A stretch of DNA of 64,000 nucleotides from Eubacterium sp. (lineage in GTDB: Bacteria; Bacillota; Clostridia; Oscillospirales; Acutalibacteraceae), in contig JBNMGQ010000001.1 in the NCBI GenBank assembly GCA_050872345.1, forward strand, positions 2,039-66,038. The letters run 5' to 3'. The position numbers and the translations under genes are program-made. Below, in pieces: positions 47,790 to 58,800 of this stretch. The first letter of the stretch is position 1. Every line of letters starts with the position of its first letter. The notes below the pieces were generated by a model. The model had not been told where the DNA came from. It saw only the letters and a program-made list of their open reading frames with translations, and made no database searches.

Positions 47790-49079
47790 ATGTTTACAGA
47801 AATAAAGAGAGATGCATATTTACAAAGGCTTATTGATAAAAAGGAAAACGGATTGATAAAAGTTATTACAGGAATCAGAAGATGTGGAAAGAGCTATCTT
47901 TTGTTTAATCTTTATCACGATTATCTTATTTCCCAAGGAGTTGATGAAAAACAAATCATTCAAATTCCACTTGATGATGATTTATGTGTCCAATATAGAA
48001 ATCCGACACAATTGTCGCAATATATTCGTTCAAAGATCATCGACGGAAAAATGAATTATATTTTTATTGATGAGGTTCAATATGCAATATCAAAAGAGGA
48101 ATTAAGAAATCCGAATGAAATAAGACTCTACAATGTATTAAACGGTTTACTTAGACTTCGTAATGTTGACATATATGTTACCGGAAGTAATTCAAAACTT
48201 TTAACTAAAGATGTTCTCACTGCTTTTAGAGGCAGAGGTGACGAGGTTAGGGTATATCCACTTTCATTTAGAGAGTATTACGATTTTGTCGGCGGAGATA
48301 AATCTGATGCGTATGAAGAATATGCTTTGTATGGCGGTATGCCATTAGTTTTATCAAAGAAAAATGATATTGATAAAATGCAATATCTACAAACCTTGTT
48401 TGATGAAGTATATTTCAAAGATATAAACGAAAGGTATGAAATTGAGCTTAAAGATGTACTTGAAGAATTAACTGATGATTTATGTTCCTCAATAGGCTCA
48501 CTTACCAATGCCTCAAAAATAGCAAGAACGCTGCAATCTGTAAAAAATGTCAAAGTTTCTTCTAATACCGTTTCAAAGTTTTTAGACTATCTTGTAGAGT
48601 CATTTTTGTTCAATGTCGCAAAAAGGTATGATATTAAAGGCAAAAAATATTTTGAATACCCATCAAAATATTATTGCACAGATGTCGGATTGAGGAACGC
48701 CAGACTTAACTTCCGTCAGCAAGAAGAAACCCACATCATGGAAAATATTATATACAACGAGTTGCTTTTCAGAGGCTATTCGGTTGATGTCGGCGTTGTG
48801 GAAATTATTAAAACAAAGGACAAAAAGCGAAAAAAATCACAAGTTGAAATAGACTTCGTTGTTAATGCAGGTTCAAAAAGATACTATATTCAATCTGCTC
48901 TTAATGTAACGGATGAAGATAAGATGAATACAGAACTTCGACCACTTAAAAATACAAATGATTTCTTTAGAAAAATAATTGTATCTAAAACATCAATGAA
49001 ACCCTGGAATGATGAAGACGGAATTCTTCATTTAGGCCTATATGATTTCTTGTTGAATGAAGATTCGCTTAACTTATAG
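47790..49079 (+). CDS. AAA_14/DUF4143 ATP-binding protein
   Basis: GIRRCGKS, FIDEVQ, TGSNS, YGGMP, EIDFV. Confidence 0.9.
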   Translation: MFTEIKRDAYLQRLIDKKENGLIKVITGIRRCGKSYLLFNLYHDYLISQGVDEKQIIQIPLDDDLCVQYRNPTQLSQYIRSKIIDGKMNYIFIDEVQYAISKEELRNPNEIRLYNVLNGLLRLRNVDIYVTGSNSKLLTKDVLTAFRGRGDEVRVYPLSFREYYDFVGGDKSDAYEEYALYGGMPLVLSKKNDIDKMQYLQTLFDEVYFKDINERYEIELKDVLEELTDDLCSSIGSLTNASKIARTLQSVKNVKVSSNTVSKFLDYLVESFLFNVAKRYDIKGKKYFEYPSKYYCTDVGLRNARLNFRQQEETHIMENIIYNELLFRGYSVDVGVVEIIKTKDKKRKKSQVEIDFVVNAGSKRYYIQSALNVTDEDKMNTELRPLKNTNDFFRKIIVSKTSMKPWNDEDGILHLGLYDFLLNEDSLNL

Positions 49080-49188
49080 CTTTTCATCCGAAATATCATA
49101 TAAAAATAAAAGCATCATTTAATGATAAATTTCAGAACAACAAAAACGGCTTGGACTCGATGTCCAAGCCGTTTCTAATAAAAAGCAT

Positions 49189-50712
49189 TTAAAACCTAAC
49201 GCCTACGAAAATGCCGTAATGGTCGGAAATATATCCACCGTTCAAATCGTTTAAAACGGTATAATTTGAAGGTGTGCCGCTCGTGAAGATAAAATCAATC
49301 GGCTCATCACCCGTATAGCAATATCCCCATTCCTGATAAGTTGCAGTTTTCTTTGACAAGTCTGTACTGTCGTTAAGATTTTTTGCAATCGTTTTATAAG
49401 CCGTAGAATCCATGGTCGAATTAAAATCACCCGTGAGCACAATTCTTACATTTTCGCCGTACTCTTTTTTGAGTGCCCCAACCTTTTGGCAAACGACATT
49501 TGCACCGAAGTTTAAAGCCTGCTCGGATGCGTTGTCAAGGTGAGTATTTAAGAAAACAAGTGTTTTACCCGTTTTGTTTTCGCTCAACACAACATAAGTG
49601 CAAATTCTGTTGCAACCTGCCTCTGCCTCTTTGCCGTTTTCATCCAAATAGGTATATTTGCTTTCTTTATTTGGAGTTTCGCTGAGCCAAATCGTATTTT
49701 TGTCAAGCAAAGAAAACTTGCTTTTATTCCAAAAGACTGCATTCATCTCGCTGTTTTTTTCTTCACTGTCGCCACCACGCTTAACGCCGTAGCTTTCATA
49801 ATCTTTAAGCTCGGTTTTAAGTTCACTAAGCCAGTAAGAATTTATTTCCTGAGTACCGATTAAGTCAGGCTTAATGTCGTTCATATAGTTTGCAAATCGA
49901 ATGCACCTTGTCATACTGTCGGTATCTTCAAAGCTTGTGCCGAAAGCAGATGCAACATTAAATGTAACGGCACTTATGTCCGAATTTTCAACTTTCGGTG
50001 CAGTATAAACCACTTTATTTGAATGGTAAAAGCAGAAAAGCGAGGCAACAATTGAGCCTGCAATCACAACTGCAATCACGATGTTATACGGCTTAATTCC
50101 TTTTTTGGAAACAATATTGTGCAAAACAAATTTAGCAAGATAAATCAAAAAAGTGATAATCAAACCGATTTTTGCCTTTGCACCAAAGCCGATTGAAAGA
50201 AACGACAATACTGCAAGGACGATAAAATTAAGTGAAAAAGCAATAATGTTACGCTTGTATCCACTTTCCTTTGCCGTGAAAAGCGAGCAAATTATTTCAA
50301 CCAAACTGAAAACAATTACGCAAATTATCGAAAGAACAGCAAAAAGATATGACTTTTCACTTGCTATCGCTTTAAAATCAAAACCGTGATTAACAATGCT
50401 CATTACAAACGAAATGAGCGAAACATTTTTGTGACCTGCCCAAAAAAGAGGCAGGCACATTGATGCAAGTGGAGTGAAAAAGAGAATTAATCTTATAATA
50501 GTCCACGGTGACCCTATCGTTGACTTTTTGATATTCAAAAGGGAATTTTCAAGCTTACTCCATTCCCTTTCAGCTTTAACTTTATCTTCTTCAAGCCTTT
50601 CGTCAAAGCCGTACTGCATAATATTAACGCCACACTTTGGGCAAGTCGGTTTAAGATAAAATGGACTTAATTTAGTGCCGCATTTTGGGCATTTATTACT
50701 CATTTTCGCCAC
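49189..50712 (-). CDS. Membrane protein with Zn-ribbon and C-terminal endonuclease/exonuclease/phosphatase domain
   Basis: Two CPKCG motifs; TMs; TFNV, GTQE, NTHLD, GDFN, IDFIF, SDHY. Confidence 0.82.
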   Translation of the reverse strand: MAKMSNKCPKCGTKLSPFYLKPTCPKCGVNIMQYGFDERLEEDKVKAEREWSKLENSLLNIKKSTIGSPWTIIRLILFFTPLASMCLPLFWAGHKNVSLISFVMSIVNHGFDFKAIASEKSYLFAVLSIICVIVFSLVEIICSLFTAKESGYKRNIIAFSLNFIVLAVLSFLSIGFGAKAKIGLIITFLIYLAKFVLHNIVSKKGIKPYNIVIAVVIAGSIVASLFCFYHSNKVVYTAPKVENSDISAVTFNVASAFGTSFEDTDSMTRCIRFANYMNDIKPDLIGTQEINSYWLSELKTELKDYESYGVKRGGDSEEKNSEMNAVFWNKSKFSLLDKNTIWLSETPNKESKYTYLDENGKEAEAGCNRICTYVVLSENKTGKTLVFLNTHLDNASEQALNFGANVVCQKVGALKKEYGENVRIVLTGDFNSTMDSTAYKTIAKNLNDSTDLSKKTATYQEWGYCYTGDEPIDFIFTSGTPSNYTVLNDLNGGYISDHYGIFVGVRF

Positions 50713-52156
50713 CTCCGTTTTCTTTAAGTGCCTCGTTCTCCTCTCTCCTTACTTTAAGCTCAGAGCGAATTTGATTTAACTTTTTACCGTTCAAGTCATA
50801 AAACGCATAAGGAATAAGAGTGACAAGACCCAAAATTTTCGGAATGAGTATAAACAGTGCCCATATCCACAAATCTGTATGAGTGCCCTTAACAGCCACC
50901 GATTCACCTGCTGCATTTTTAGTGAATGTTAAGCCGATGAGTGGCAAAAGAGCAGTGCCGACGGAAGTTGAAAGCGAGCCGGTAAGCTTGCCAACAAATG
51001 TAAGAACCGAAAAGCTTACGCCCTCGTTTCTTTTGCCTGTTTTCCACTCCATATAGTCAACAGTGTCGCCAATCATTTCGGTCGGAATAACATTGTTGAT
51101 TGTTTGGAAGAAAGACTGGAGGAAAAACTGAACCATAAGAAGAAGTGAAACGGCAATAACATTAGTCTTATAAAAACCGAGGCCACAGAAGAATATTACT
51201 ACTCCCAAAACGGCATTGAAAATAATATTTGCCATAACGATATGCTTGTTGTCAATTTTTTCTTTAAGCTTTGGAATAAGCAAATATGTAATAAAGCCGA
51301 GAAGTGTACCCGGAAGTGTTATCCACAAAACGGCAGAGTTAAGGTCAAGCACTTCCGAATAGTAATAAGTTTGGAAAACATTTGATATACCACCGAGACT
51401 TGAAAGCACATTGCCGATAATTATCAAAAGAAGTGGCTTGTTTTTTACAAGAACCTTAAAATTATCGATAATTGACGGTTCTTTAACGCTTTGGACTACT
51501 CTTTCCCTTGTTTTAAAACCTGCAAGCGAAAAAAGTCCCATACCGAACACACCGGCAATCACGGCAAGAATCAAAAAATCCTGTGCAAGAGTAATTTGCC
51601 AAATACCTTTATTACTCAAATCCATCATAACAACGAGCATTGTTGTTGAAAGACCGCCGATAAGACTTGACAAAAACCTTGCTGCCGAAATAACTCTTGT
51701 TCTGTCACTCGGTGACGGCGAAATAGCAGCACTCATACTCCAAAACGGAACATCACCGAGAGTGTAAAACAGTTCCCAAATAAAATAGGAAATGTACATA
51801 TAAATTATTTTTATCGTCGTTGATTTTGCATCAGCCAAAATCTCCGGTCCTGCAAAAAGCATAATTGTAGCTATCGCAAGTGGAAGTGGCACGAACAAAA
51901 GATACGGTCTAAGCTTGCCGTACCTCGTTCGTGTTTTATCAATAATGCCACCCATAAGTGGGTCGTTGACCGTATCCCAAATGCCTAAAAACAAAATCAT
52001 TGTTGAAACGGCAGCAGGTGGAATTTCAAATACCTTTGTAAAAAACAGCGAAAGGTAACCTCCGGCAATCAAATTGTAGCCGAAAACCTGACCTGCATTT
52101 GCAAAACCGTATGCAAGCGTTTCCTTAACACCCACATACCTTGTTTCTTTTCCCAT
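50696..52156 (-). CDS. MFS transporter, GPH (MelB-like) family
   Basis: WDTVNDPLMG…DKTRTRYGKLRPY, DYMEWKTGKRNEG. Confidence 0.9.
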   Translation of the reverse strand: MGKETRYVGVKETLAYGFANAGQVFGYNLIAGGYLSLFFTKVFEIPPAAVSTMILFLGIWDTVNDPLMGGIIDKTRTRYGKLRPYLLFVPLPLAIATIMLFAGPEILADAKSTTIKIIYMYISYFIWELFYTLGDVPFWSMSAAISPSPSDRTRVISAARFLSSLIGGLSTTMLVVMMDLSNKGIWQITLAQDFLILAVIAGVFGMGLFSLAGFKTRERVVQSVKEPSIIDNFKVLVKNKPLLLIIIGNVLSSLGGISNVFQTYYYSEVLDLNSAVLWITLPGTLLGFITYLLIPKLKEKIDNKHIVMANIIFNAVLGVVIFFCGLGFYKTNVIAVSLLLMVQFFLQSFFQTINNVIPTEMIGDTVDYMEWKTGKRNEGVSFSVLTFVGKLTGSLSTSVGTALLPLIGLTFTKNAAGESVAVKGTHTDLWIWALFILIPKILGLVTLIPYAFYDLNGKKLNQIRSELKVRREENEALKENGGGENE

Positions 52157-52194
52157 AAAAATTAACCCCATTCATAAACATTTATAAAAACTTT

Positions 52195-52218
52195 GTAGGG
52201 CAGGGGCTTGCTCCTGCC
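52195..52218 (+). repeat. GTAG-type REP (family 2)
   Basis: 24-bp sequence identical to the reverse complement of 35722..35745. Confidence 0.85.
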
Positions 52219-52287
52219 ACCATAAATTCATAAAAACAAAATTTATCTCACTTTCTCAACATTTTTTTATGTTTTATAATTTAATAT

Positions 52288-53652
52288 TTATTTCCAACCG
52301 TCACAATAATCTTTATTGTGTTCAATATATTCGTCAACAAGTTTAACGGCTAAGGAATAACTGTTTACAAGTGGATGAAGTATAAGTGCCCTGATTGCGT
52401 CAGTCCTGCTACGCTCTCTGATTGCTTTTGAGGACAGTCGTTCATAGTTTTTAACTCTGCGAATAAGCTCAAGGTTTTGCTCGTCAACCTTACCGATACG
52501 GTGTGGCGTTGCACCGTTTTTGTCAACATCACAAGTTATTTCAACAACATCGTCATCTCTTAAGCCGTCAATCGACCCCTCGTTTGGAATGCACATAATC
52601 ATTGAACCCTTACTGTCGCTTTGAGCAATTTCGATATATTTAAGTGCAACTCCTGCGTAGCCACCGTCGTCCTCTTCGTAAATATCAAAATGCCACGGCT
52701 GTGTGCGTTTTTCGCCTGTTTCGCTTGCCATATAACTTCCCTCACGCATACCGTACCATTTGCAAAAAACTTTAAGGCAGTTTTCAAAATCATTTTCTAT
52801 ATCCATTTTTGAAAGCTCGGCAGTCATATTTTTATTAATATCCCTAATCTGCTCGCCACGGGTTTTATCGGCGTTAAGTATATTTTCAACGGCCTTTTCA
52901 CGGTAGTAAAAGTAGTAGAGGTATTCGTTTAAAATGCAACCTCTGTCCCTTAAAAGTTCCTTTTCAAAATAACGCATATCGCTTTTCTTGTAAGCATCGT
53001 CATTTTCGATAAGTTCATTCATAATTTCCCTGCCACAAAGCTTAATGCTCTTAAAATACGACAAATGATTTAAACCGTAGCACTCGCCTGTAATGTCAGC
53101 CGGGTTTTCGCCGTACATAAGTGCAAAAGCACGCAGCATACTCGACGGAGCGTCGCAAATTCCATATGTAAAATCATAACCCATATCCCTGAGCGTTTGG
53201 CTCACCACTCCGGCAGGATTGGTAAAATTGAACACCCGAACTTCAGGCTTTGAATATTTTTTGATAAGCTCACAATACTCGGCAAGAGCCGGCACACTCC
53301 TCATAGCAAACGAAAGACCTGCTGCACCTGTCGTTTCCTGACCTAAGACTCCGTGATTTAAAGCAATTCGTTCGTCCTTTGCCCTCATATCATCCTCGCC
53401 GACACGAATGGTAGTGATAATATAATCGGCATCTTTTACTGATTCAACTGCATCCGAAGTCAGCGTAAATTTCATTTTCGGGCAAAGAATCCTTGCAACA
53501 TGACTCGCCATACCACCGTATATTCTGAGCTTTTCCTCGTTATTATCCATAAAGCAAAGTTCGTCTATTTTTAATTTTTCAGCCTTTTGTGCAATGCTTT
53601 TGGCAAGAAACATTGAGCGAACTCCGCCACCACCTATTACAGTAATTTTCAT
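52288..53652 (-). CDS. Family 4 glycoside hydrolase
   Basis: KITVIGGG, GQETTGAAG, NFTNP, GICD, GLNHL. Confidence 0.92.
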   Translation of the reverse strand: MKITVIGGGGVRSMFLAKSIAQKAEKLKIDELCFMDNNEEKLRIYGGMASHVARILCPKMKFTLTSDAVESVKDADYIITTIRVGEDDMRAKDERIALNHGVLGQETTGAAGLSFAMRSVPALAEYCELIKKYSKPEVRVFNFTNPAGVVSQTLRDMGYDFTYGICDAPSSMLRAFALMYGENPADITGECYGLNHLSYFKSIKLCGREIMNELIENDDAYKKSDMRYFEKELLRDRGCILNEYLYYFYYREKAVENILNADKTRGEQIRDINKNMTAELSKMDIENDFENCLKVFCKWYGMREGSYMASETGEKRTQPWHFDIYEEDDGGYAGVALKYIEIAQSDSKGSMIMCIPNEGSIDGLRDDDVVEITCDVDKNGATPHRIGKVDEQNLELIRRVKNYERLSSKAIRERSRTDAIRALILHPLVNSYSLAVKLVDEYIEHNKDYCDGWK

Positions 53653-53808
53653 AAAAAACCTCCACATTTTTATACATTTTAATTATAATACACAAATCAT
53701 TAAAAAGCTATATAAATTTTGTGCCGGACCGTCGTTCTATCTTGCTTAAGCTTTCGCAATCAAAAAAGACACGAAAAAAGCGTTGGAGATAAATTTCTCC
53801 AACACTTA

Positions 53809-54747
53809 CTAAAACTGTTTCCAGCATTTGGTTTTCATAAATTCAACAATTTCTCCATTGTCCTTATCTTCATAATATTGAACAAGTAATTGTTTGAATT
53901 GTGGAACATTATCTTCCGGTATCGCAATAAAACCCTCTCCTTTTGAAATCAAATAATGATTTGCATAAATTACAGCAGCACGCTTATTACCGTCATTAAA
54001 AATCTGTGCCTTCATACAATACAAACAAAGATTTATGGCATTATCAATATAAACATTTCCGCTGTTAATTATTTTTTCAATATTTTCAATGACATCAACT
54101 TCAACAGGTATTTTCGGAGCATAACTTGTTCCACCGATTGTTACCGGCACACCTCTTATTCTGCCGCCGTCTGCATAAAACCCCTCATTAACAAGCTTTG
54201 CTATGTGGCACAAAATATGATAACCACTTGGGCACTGAATTACATCTTTATCGAGAATAAATTCCCATGCGTGTTTCAAGTTTAATATCTTTTGAACATC
54301 GTTTGCAGTAACTCCGTTTACCTTGCCGTTTTCAATTATTTCTTCTGTTTGCGGAAATGTTGTTGCAACGCCCTCCAAAACTGCCTGCGAATAAATATTT
54401 GCTTTCATGTTCATTCTGGCAAAATCAAGATTAAGCATAACACGACTTGGTAATTCTTCCGAAGAAAAGCCTAATTTAGCAAGCTCTTTATCAATATGTC
54501 GTATACTTTTGCGCAATTCTCTTGCCTCACGATTATATCGCAAAAGAGATTGGTAAAGTTCATCTGTATAAACATCAACATAGGTTGATGTTATTCTGCT
54601 ACCGACACGCTTACGAACATAAAGATATTCTTTGCCGTTTCTGTCCTTAATTTCAGGTGTACCGTCATAAGGCAACAGATTTAATCTTGCCTGTAAATCA
54701 GCTTTTTGTCTTAACAATTCTTGAATTTCATTAAAATTATTATCCAT
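53809..54747 (-). CDS. Fic/Doc family protein with degenerate active-site motif
   Basis: SQAVLEG; QIFNDGNKRAA in place of HPFxDGNGR. Confidence 0.82.
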   Translation of the reverse strand: MDNNFNEIQELLRQKADLQARLNLLPYDGTPEIKDRNGKEYLYVRKRVGSRITSTYVDVYTDELYQSLLRYNREARELRKSIRHIDKELAKLGFSSEELPSRVMLNLDFARMNMKANIYSQAVLEGVATTFPQTEEIIENGKVNGVTANDVQKILNLKHAWEFILDKDVIQCPSGYHILCHIAKLVNEGFYADGGRIRGVPVTIGGTSYAPKIPVEVDVIENIEKIINSGNVYIDNAINLCLYCMKAQIFNDGNKRAAVIYANHYLISKGEGFIAIPEDNVPQFKQLLVQYYEDKDNGEIVEFMKTKCWKQF

Positions 54748-54756
54748 AAAATCACC

Positions 54757-54807
54757 ATTGGGGAACATTTTTAATATTATTATACTAAATTGTTCCCCAA
54801 TTTGCAA
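54757..54807 (-). promoter_or_regulatory. Promoter with overlapping inverted-repeat operator for the fic gene
   Basis: TTGCAA-17-TATAAT (54807..54779); ATTGGGGAACA (54757..54767) and TGTTCCCCAAT (54791..54801) form a perfect IR around the -10. Confidence 0.65.
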
Positions 54808-54931
54808 TAACTATTCAATTTTACTTGAATTTAAATTATTATCACCACCGTTTTTATTTATTTTGTGTGTAGAGTGCATAAATGTATTATAAGTTCAAAA
54901 TCTGTGGCAAAAACAGTCACAAATTTCAACC

Positions 54932-54980
54932 TTATGGTCTAAGTATAGCACCGGCAGGTGCCATAGCAGCACCCATATTA
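54932..54980. other. Right attachment junction
   Basis: Element-side arm TTATGGTCTA 54932..54941; core GCAGGTGCCAT 54954..54964. Confidence 0.85.
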
Positions 54981-55570
54981 TTTGCGTCGGTTATGCCAAG
55001 GTCGGTGATAGTTCCGATTTGTATTGCTTTGATTTCAGTACCTCTTCCGTTTTTTGAAAGCACCGAACTGCCTGCGCCCGTAACTGTCCACTGGGAGGTA
55101 GGTGGTCGTTGACCTCCGTATTCAAGTGGAAAACGAAACTGCCTTTCACTTGAGCAAAAGTGACTTGAAGTTGCACACACTACGCAATTTGCGCCACTGT
55201 CAATAAGCATTGAACCGACACAAAGCGAAAGCGCCATAGTTGAGCAAGCACCGAAAAGTCCGATTGAAGGGATATTTAAATCTTTAAGTGCAAAAGCCGA
55301 ACCCATACACTGGTCGAGCAAATCACCACTTAAAACAAAGTCGACATCACTGCTGCTGACACCTGCATTGCTAAGCGAACGAATAATTGCATCGTGAAGC
55401 ATAGCCGACTCGGCAAGTTCATACGACTGCTGACCGAGTGAAGTATCTTCAAAGATTTGGTCAAAATCTTTTGAAAGAGGACCTTCACCTTCTTTTTTAC
55501 CTGCAACACCTGCGTGGCCTATAACTTTCGGTGGACAATCAAAAATAACTGTTTTTCCGATTTTTTGCAT
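54954..55570 (-). pseudogene. spoVAD: 5' segment of split spoVAD (205 codons, then reads into the element and stops at 54932)
   Basis: GKKEGEGPL, GDLLDQ, GLFGACST, SSHFCSSERQFRFPLEYGGQRPPTSQWTVTGAG, NMGAAMAPA. Confidence 0.95.
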
Positions 55571-55800
55571 AAAAACACCTCAGTTATATTTTTAGCCGTT
55601 GCTTTTAAATTATCAAAAATTCGTCACATTTTGATAATTTGAAAATATTTTTTGGTATTTTTCACTATTTGTCTATATTAATGTAATATTTCATAAATTT
55701 TCAGTGACTTTTTTAATACAAAATATCTTTTCAATATGATAATTTTATGACGCTGTAATAATTTATTACATTTATATTGTATTTGAAAGGATTGATGAGA

Positions 55801-58800
55801 ATGAAAGGAAAAAAGTTGATTGCTGTATTTCTTTGCATTTTAATGCTTGCCACATCAATAGCGATACCAAGCTCAATCGTACTTGGCAAAAGCAGTTCGT
55901 TATTCAACTTTGAATGTAAAAATGCAGTAAACGACAACGGTACTTACAAGGTTAACGATTCAAACGGCACACTGAGTTTCGGCACTTGGAGCAATATCAC
56001 CGTTAACAGCGATAATCTTTATAACCAAAACGGCTACGGCTTTGCAAATATTAATTCATTAAAAGGCAAAGACGAATACAGAATCGAATTTAAAGTGAAA
56101 AAAGACGGAAATGAAGCCGTTACTGCTGCCCTGTTTTCTATGGGCACTAATAATTCAACAAGTGCAAATATCACATCCGACAACACTACCGACATTATTC
56201 AATACCACATTGACGGAAGATTATATGTTGCCGGAAATGACAAGGGTTATATTACAGCAACACCACAAGATACCCTTGCCTATTACACACTTTTGTTTGA
56301 CAAAAACAACATAACAATCACTTTAAACGGTCAGGTTATTTATACGCAGGAGCTTGACAGTGACGAAATTTCACTTTTTGAAAATGCGTCATACATCGGT
56401 TGGGGCACTCAAGCCACGGGCAAAAACAACTACGGCTACTACACAGGTAACATCAACTGTTCGTATTACTATTTGAGAGCATATGAAGAAGGTAACTTCA
56501 GCGAAACAGTAAATCAAATAACCGTTGACCCTGTTGTTTACACACACGGCTACTATGACGGCACAAATGACTTTATGATGTACGGCACTCAAATTGCAGA
56601 CGGCAGTAACGCCCTTGAGCAAAAGACAAAATTTTATCTTCCACAAGGTGCAGTGCTTAAAGATATTTATTGCTACGACAATGAAAATGTCGGATATACA
56701 TATGCCGATAATTCATATTGCTTAAGTGGTAGTTTCAGTCAAGACAAATATAATGCAAAGGACAGTTCAAGCCAATATGTGACTGTTCGATTTGACTACA
56801 CACTCGGTCAAAATGAATATTACGAATATCACAGAATTAATGTTAAAACAAATCCTGTACCGGTTCACGCATCAATTTATGCTCAGGCATATACAAATAT
56901 AACAGTAAGAAATAAAAGAGTTGTTTCTTTTGAAACAGTAGCTTTAGGCAGTGATATTGACAATTCAACAAGTACAAAAACTGCTGCTTGGAGTGGCTCG
57001 GTTTCACACAGTGACGAAGCTAACAACTGGAACATACTATCACCGTTTTCTTCTTCACATCCGGGCGAAACTTCAAACAACGGTACTTTGGTTAAAGCCC
57101 TTATCGGTAACACCTTAAGCTCGCCGGTTAACAAAAATTCTGGCTTTGCTGTTACAGGCACATCAACAGGCAATGCCGATATAGGTATGTATACCAAAAC
57201 GGCAAAATATTATGTTGATAAAAGTTATGATTCAATTTTAGGTGCAAAGCACACTGCAGGTTCAAACGATTACTACATCGAAATGAAAACCGAAAATATT
57301 TACCAAACATTTGACACTTCTGCAACAGGAATCAATGTTGTTCAGCATCAATCCTGGAACGGCAGATTTAATGTAAGCGGCACCACACTCGGCGACAACT
57401 CTTGGGATAAAAACAACAATGCGAGCGAAACAGTTAAGCTCAGTGCAAAAGTATCGGACGGTTCAAAAGATGATGAATATTGGGCAGCAGGTTACCACGG
57501 CAACAGTACAAAAAGCGCAAAAGCAACTACAATAATTCCGATAAGTGTTACCGTATTTGACAAAACAGATGCAAGAAATGCACTTTCAAAATACAGCACA
57601 AATATCAGTTCTAAAAAATATGAAAGTGTTTCTTGGAGAGTGTACAGAAATGCTTACCTTGCACTTGAAGAGCAACTTGCAAACTACGAAATCAGCAATG
57701 TTGACACCAAATATATAACAGACCTTGGATCGGCTTATAACAACTTGACTCAACTTTCTTGTGATTACAGTGCGCTCAACGCAATTCTTTCACAGTGTAA
57801 AAATGCACTCGACAACAAAAACATTTTCAAGCAGACAACAGATTTGGAAGCTTTGTATAACGAAACGACAAACAAAGCCTTTGATTCAAACGGCGATGAA
57901 ACAATTGTTAATCAAAGCGAGGTAGACGCACTTACTGCAAACCTTATTATGCAATATACGGAAACTGTACTTAACAGGCAAAATGTTGACATTACACTCA
58001 GAATATTTGTTGACGGTGCTTTGACCGACACACAAAAATACAGTGCCCAATACGGCAAAGAATTTACTCTTGACGCAAGTTCATATTTGAGTGACAGTTC
58101 ACTTTCCGTTGCAAAATGGAGTGAAGGAAAAATCACACTTGCAACAAATCAAAACACTTATTCTTTTACTACTTATTCAAAACACAATATTGATTGTTAC
58201 ATAAGCAAAGAGGTACAGGAAAACGACCAAAAAGAAATCACGCTTTTAAATCGTGACGGCACTTTCAACACCAAGCTTTACTTAAACGGCGACACAACAC
58301 TTTACAATGCTGTCGAGGCTTGCAGAAGTTATTCAAAATCACTTCTCAATTACAAATTAACTTCGTGGCTCGTCAACGGCAATGCAAATTATTCTAAGGA
58401 TACTAAAATCGGCACACTCGACAAAATTGTAATCACACCGATTTACACACCGGGTGCAGATTTTACCGTTGTTATAAACTCATCAAGTCAAAGCTATTCG
58501 TTTGATGACCCTGCTTATGTAGAAAGTAACGACAATGACTTTCTCTTTTGGGCACTCAAATATGACGACTCCTATTACAGACTTGTAAGCTACAGCAATG
58601 AATACCATTTTTATGTAAGTGGTAATATGACTCTTGTTGCTGTTACAAGAAACAATTTTGACAGCTACAAAAACAAAGTTATAAACTGTCCTACTCTTGA
58701 CGAAATAAGTGAAAAGAAACCGATTGCATCAATCAGAGGTATCGCCGAGGACAGCAATTCGTTAAACGGTATCGGCTACGACAAAGAAAATCATAAATTT

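Larger units (their letters stand above)
1251..54964. mobile_element. 53.7-kb spoVAD-interrupting integrative element (skin-like, serine-recombinase type)
   Basis: 11-bp direct repeat at both ends; the two flanks are complementary halves of spoVAD; att-like inverted arms; a large serine recombinase is encoded inside. Confidence 0.88.
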
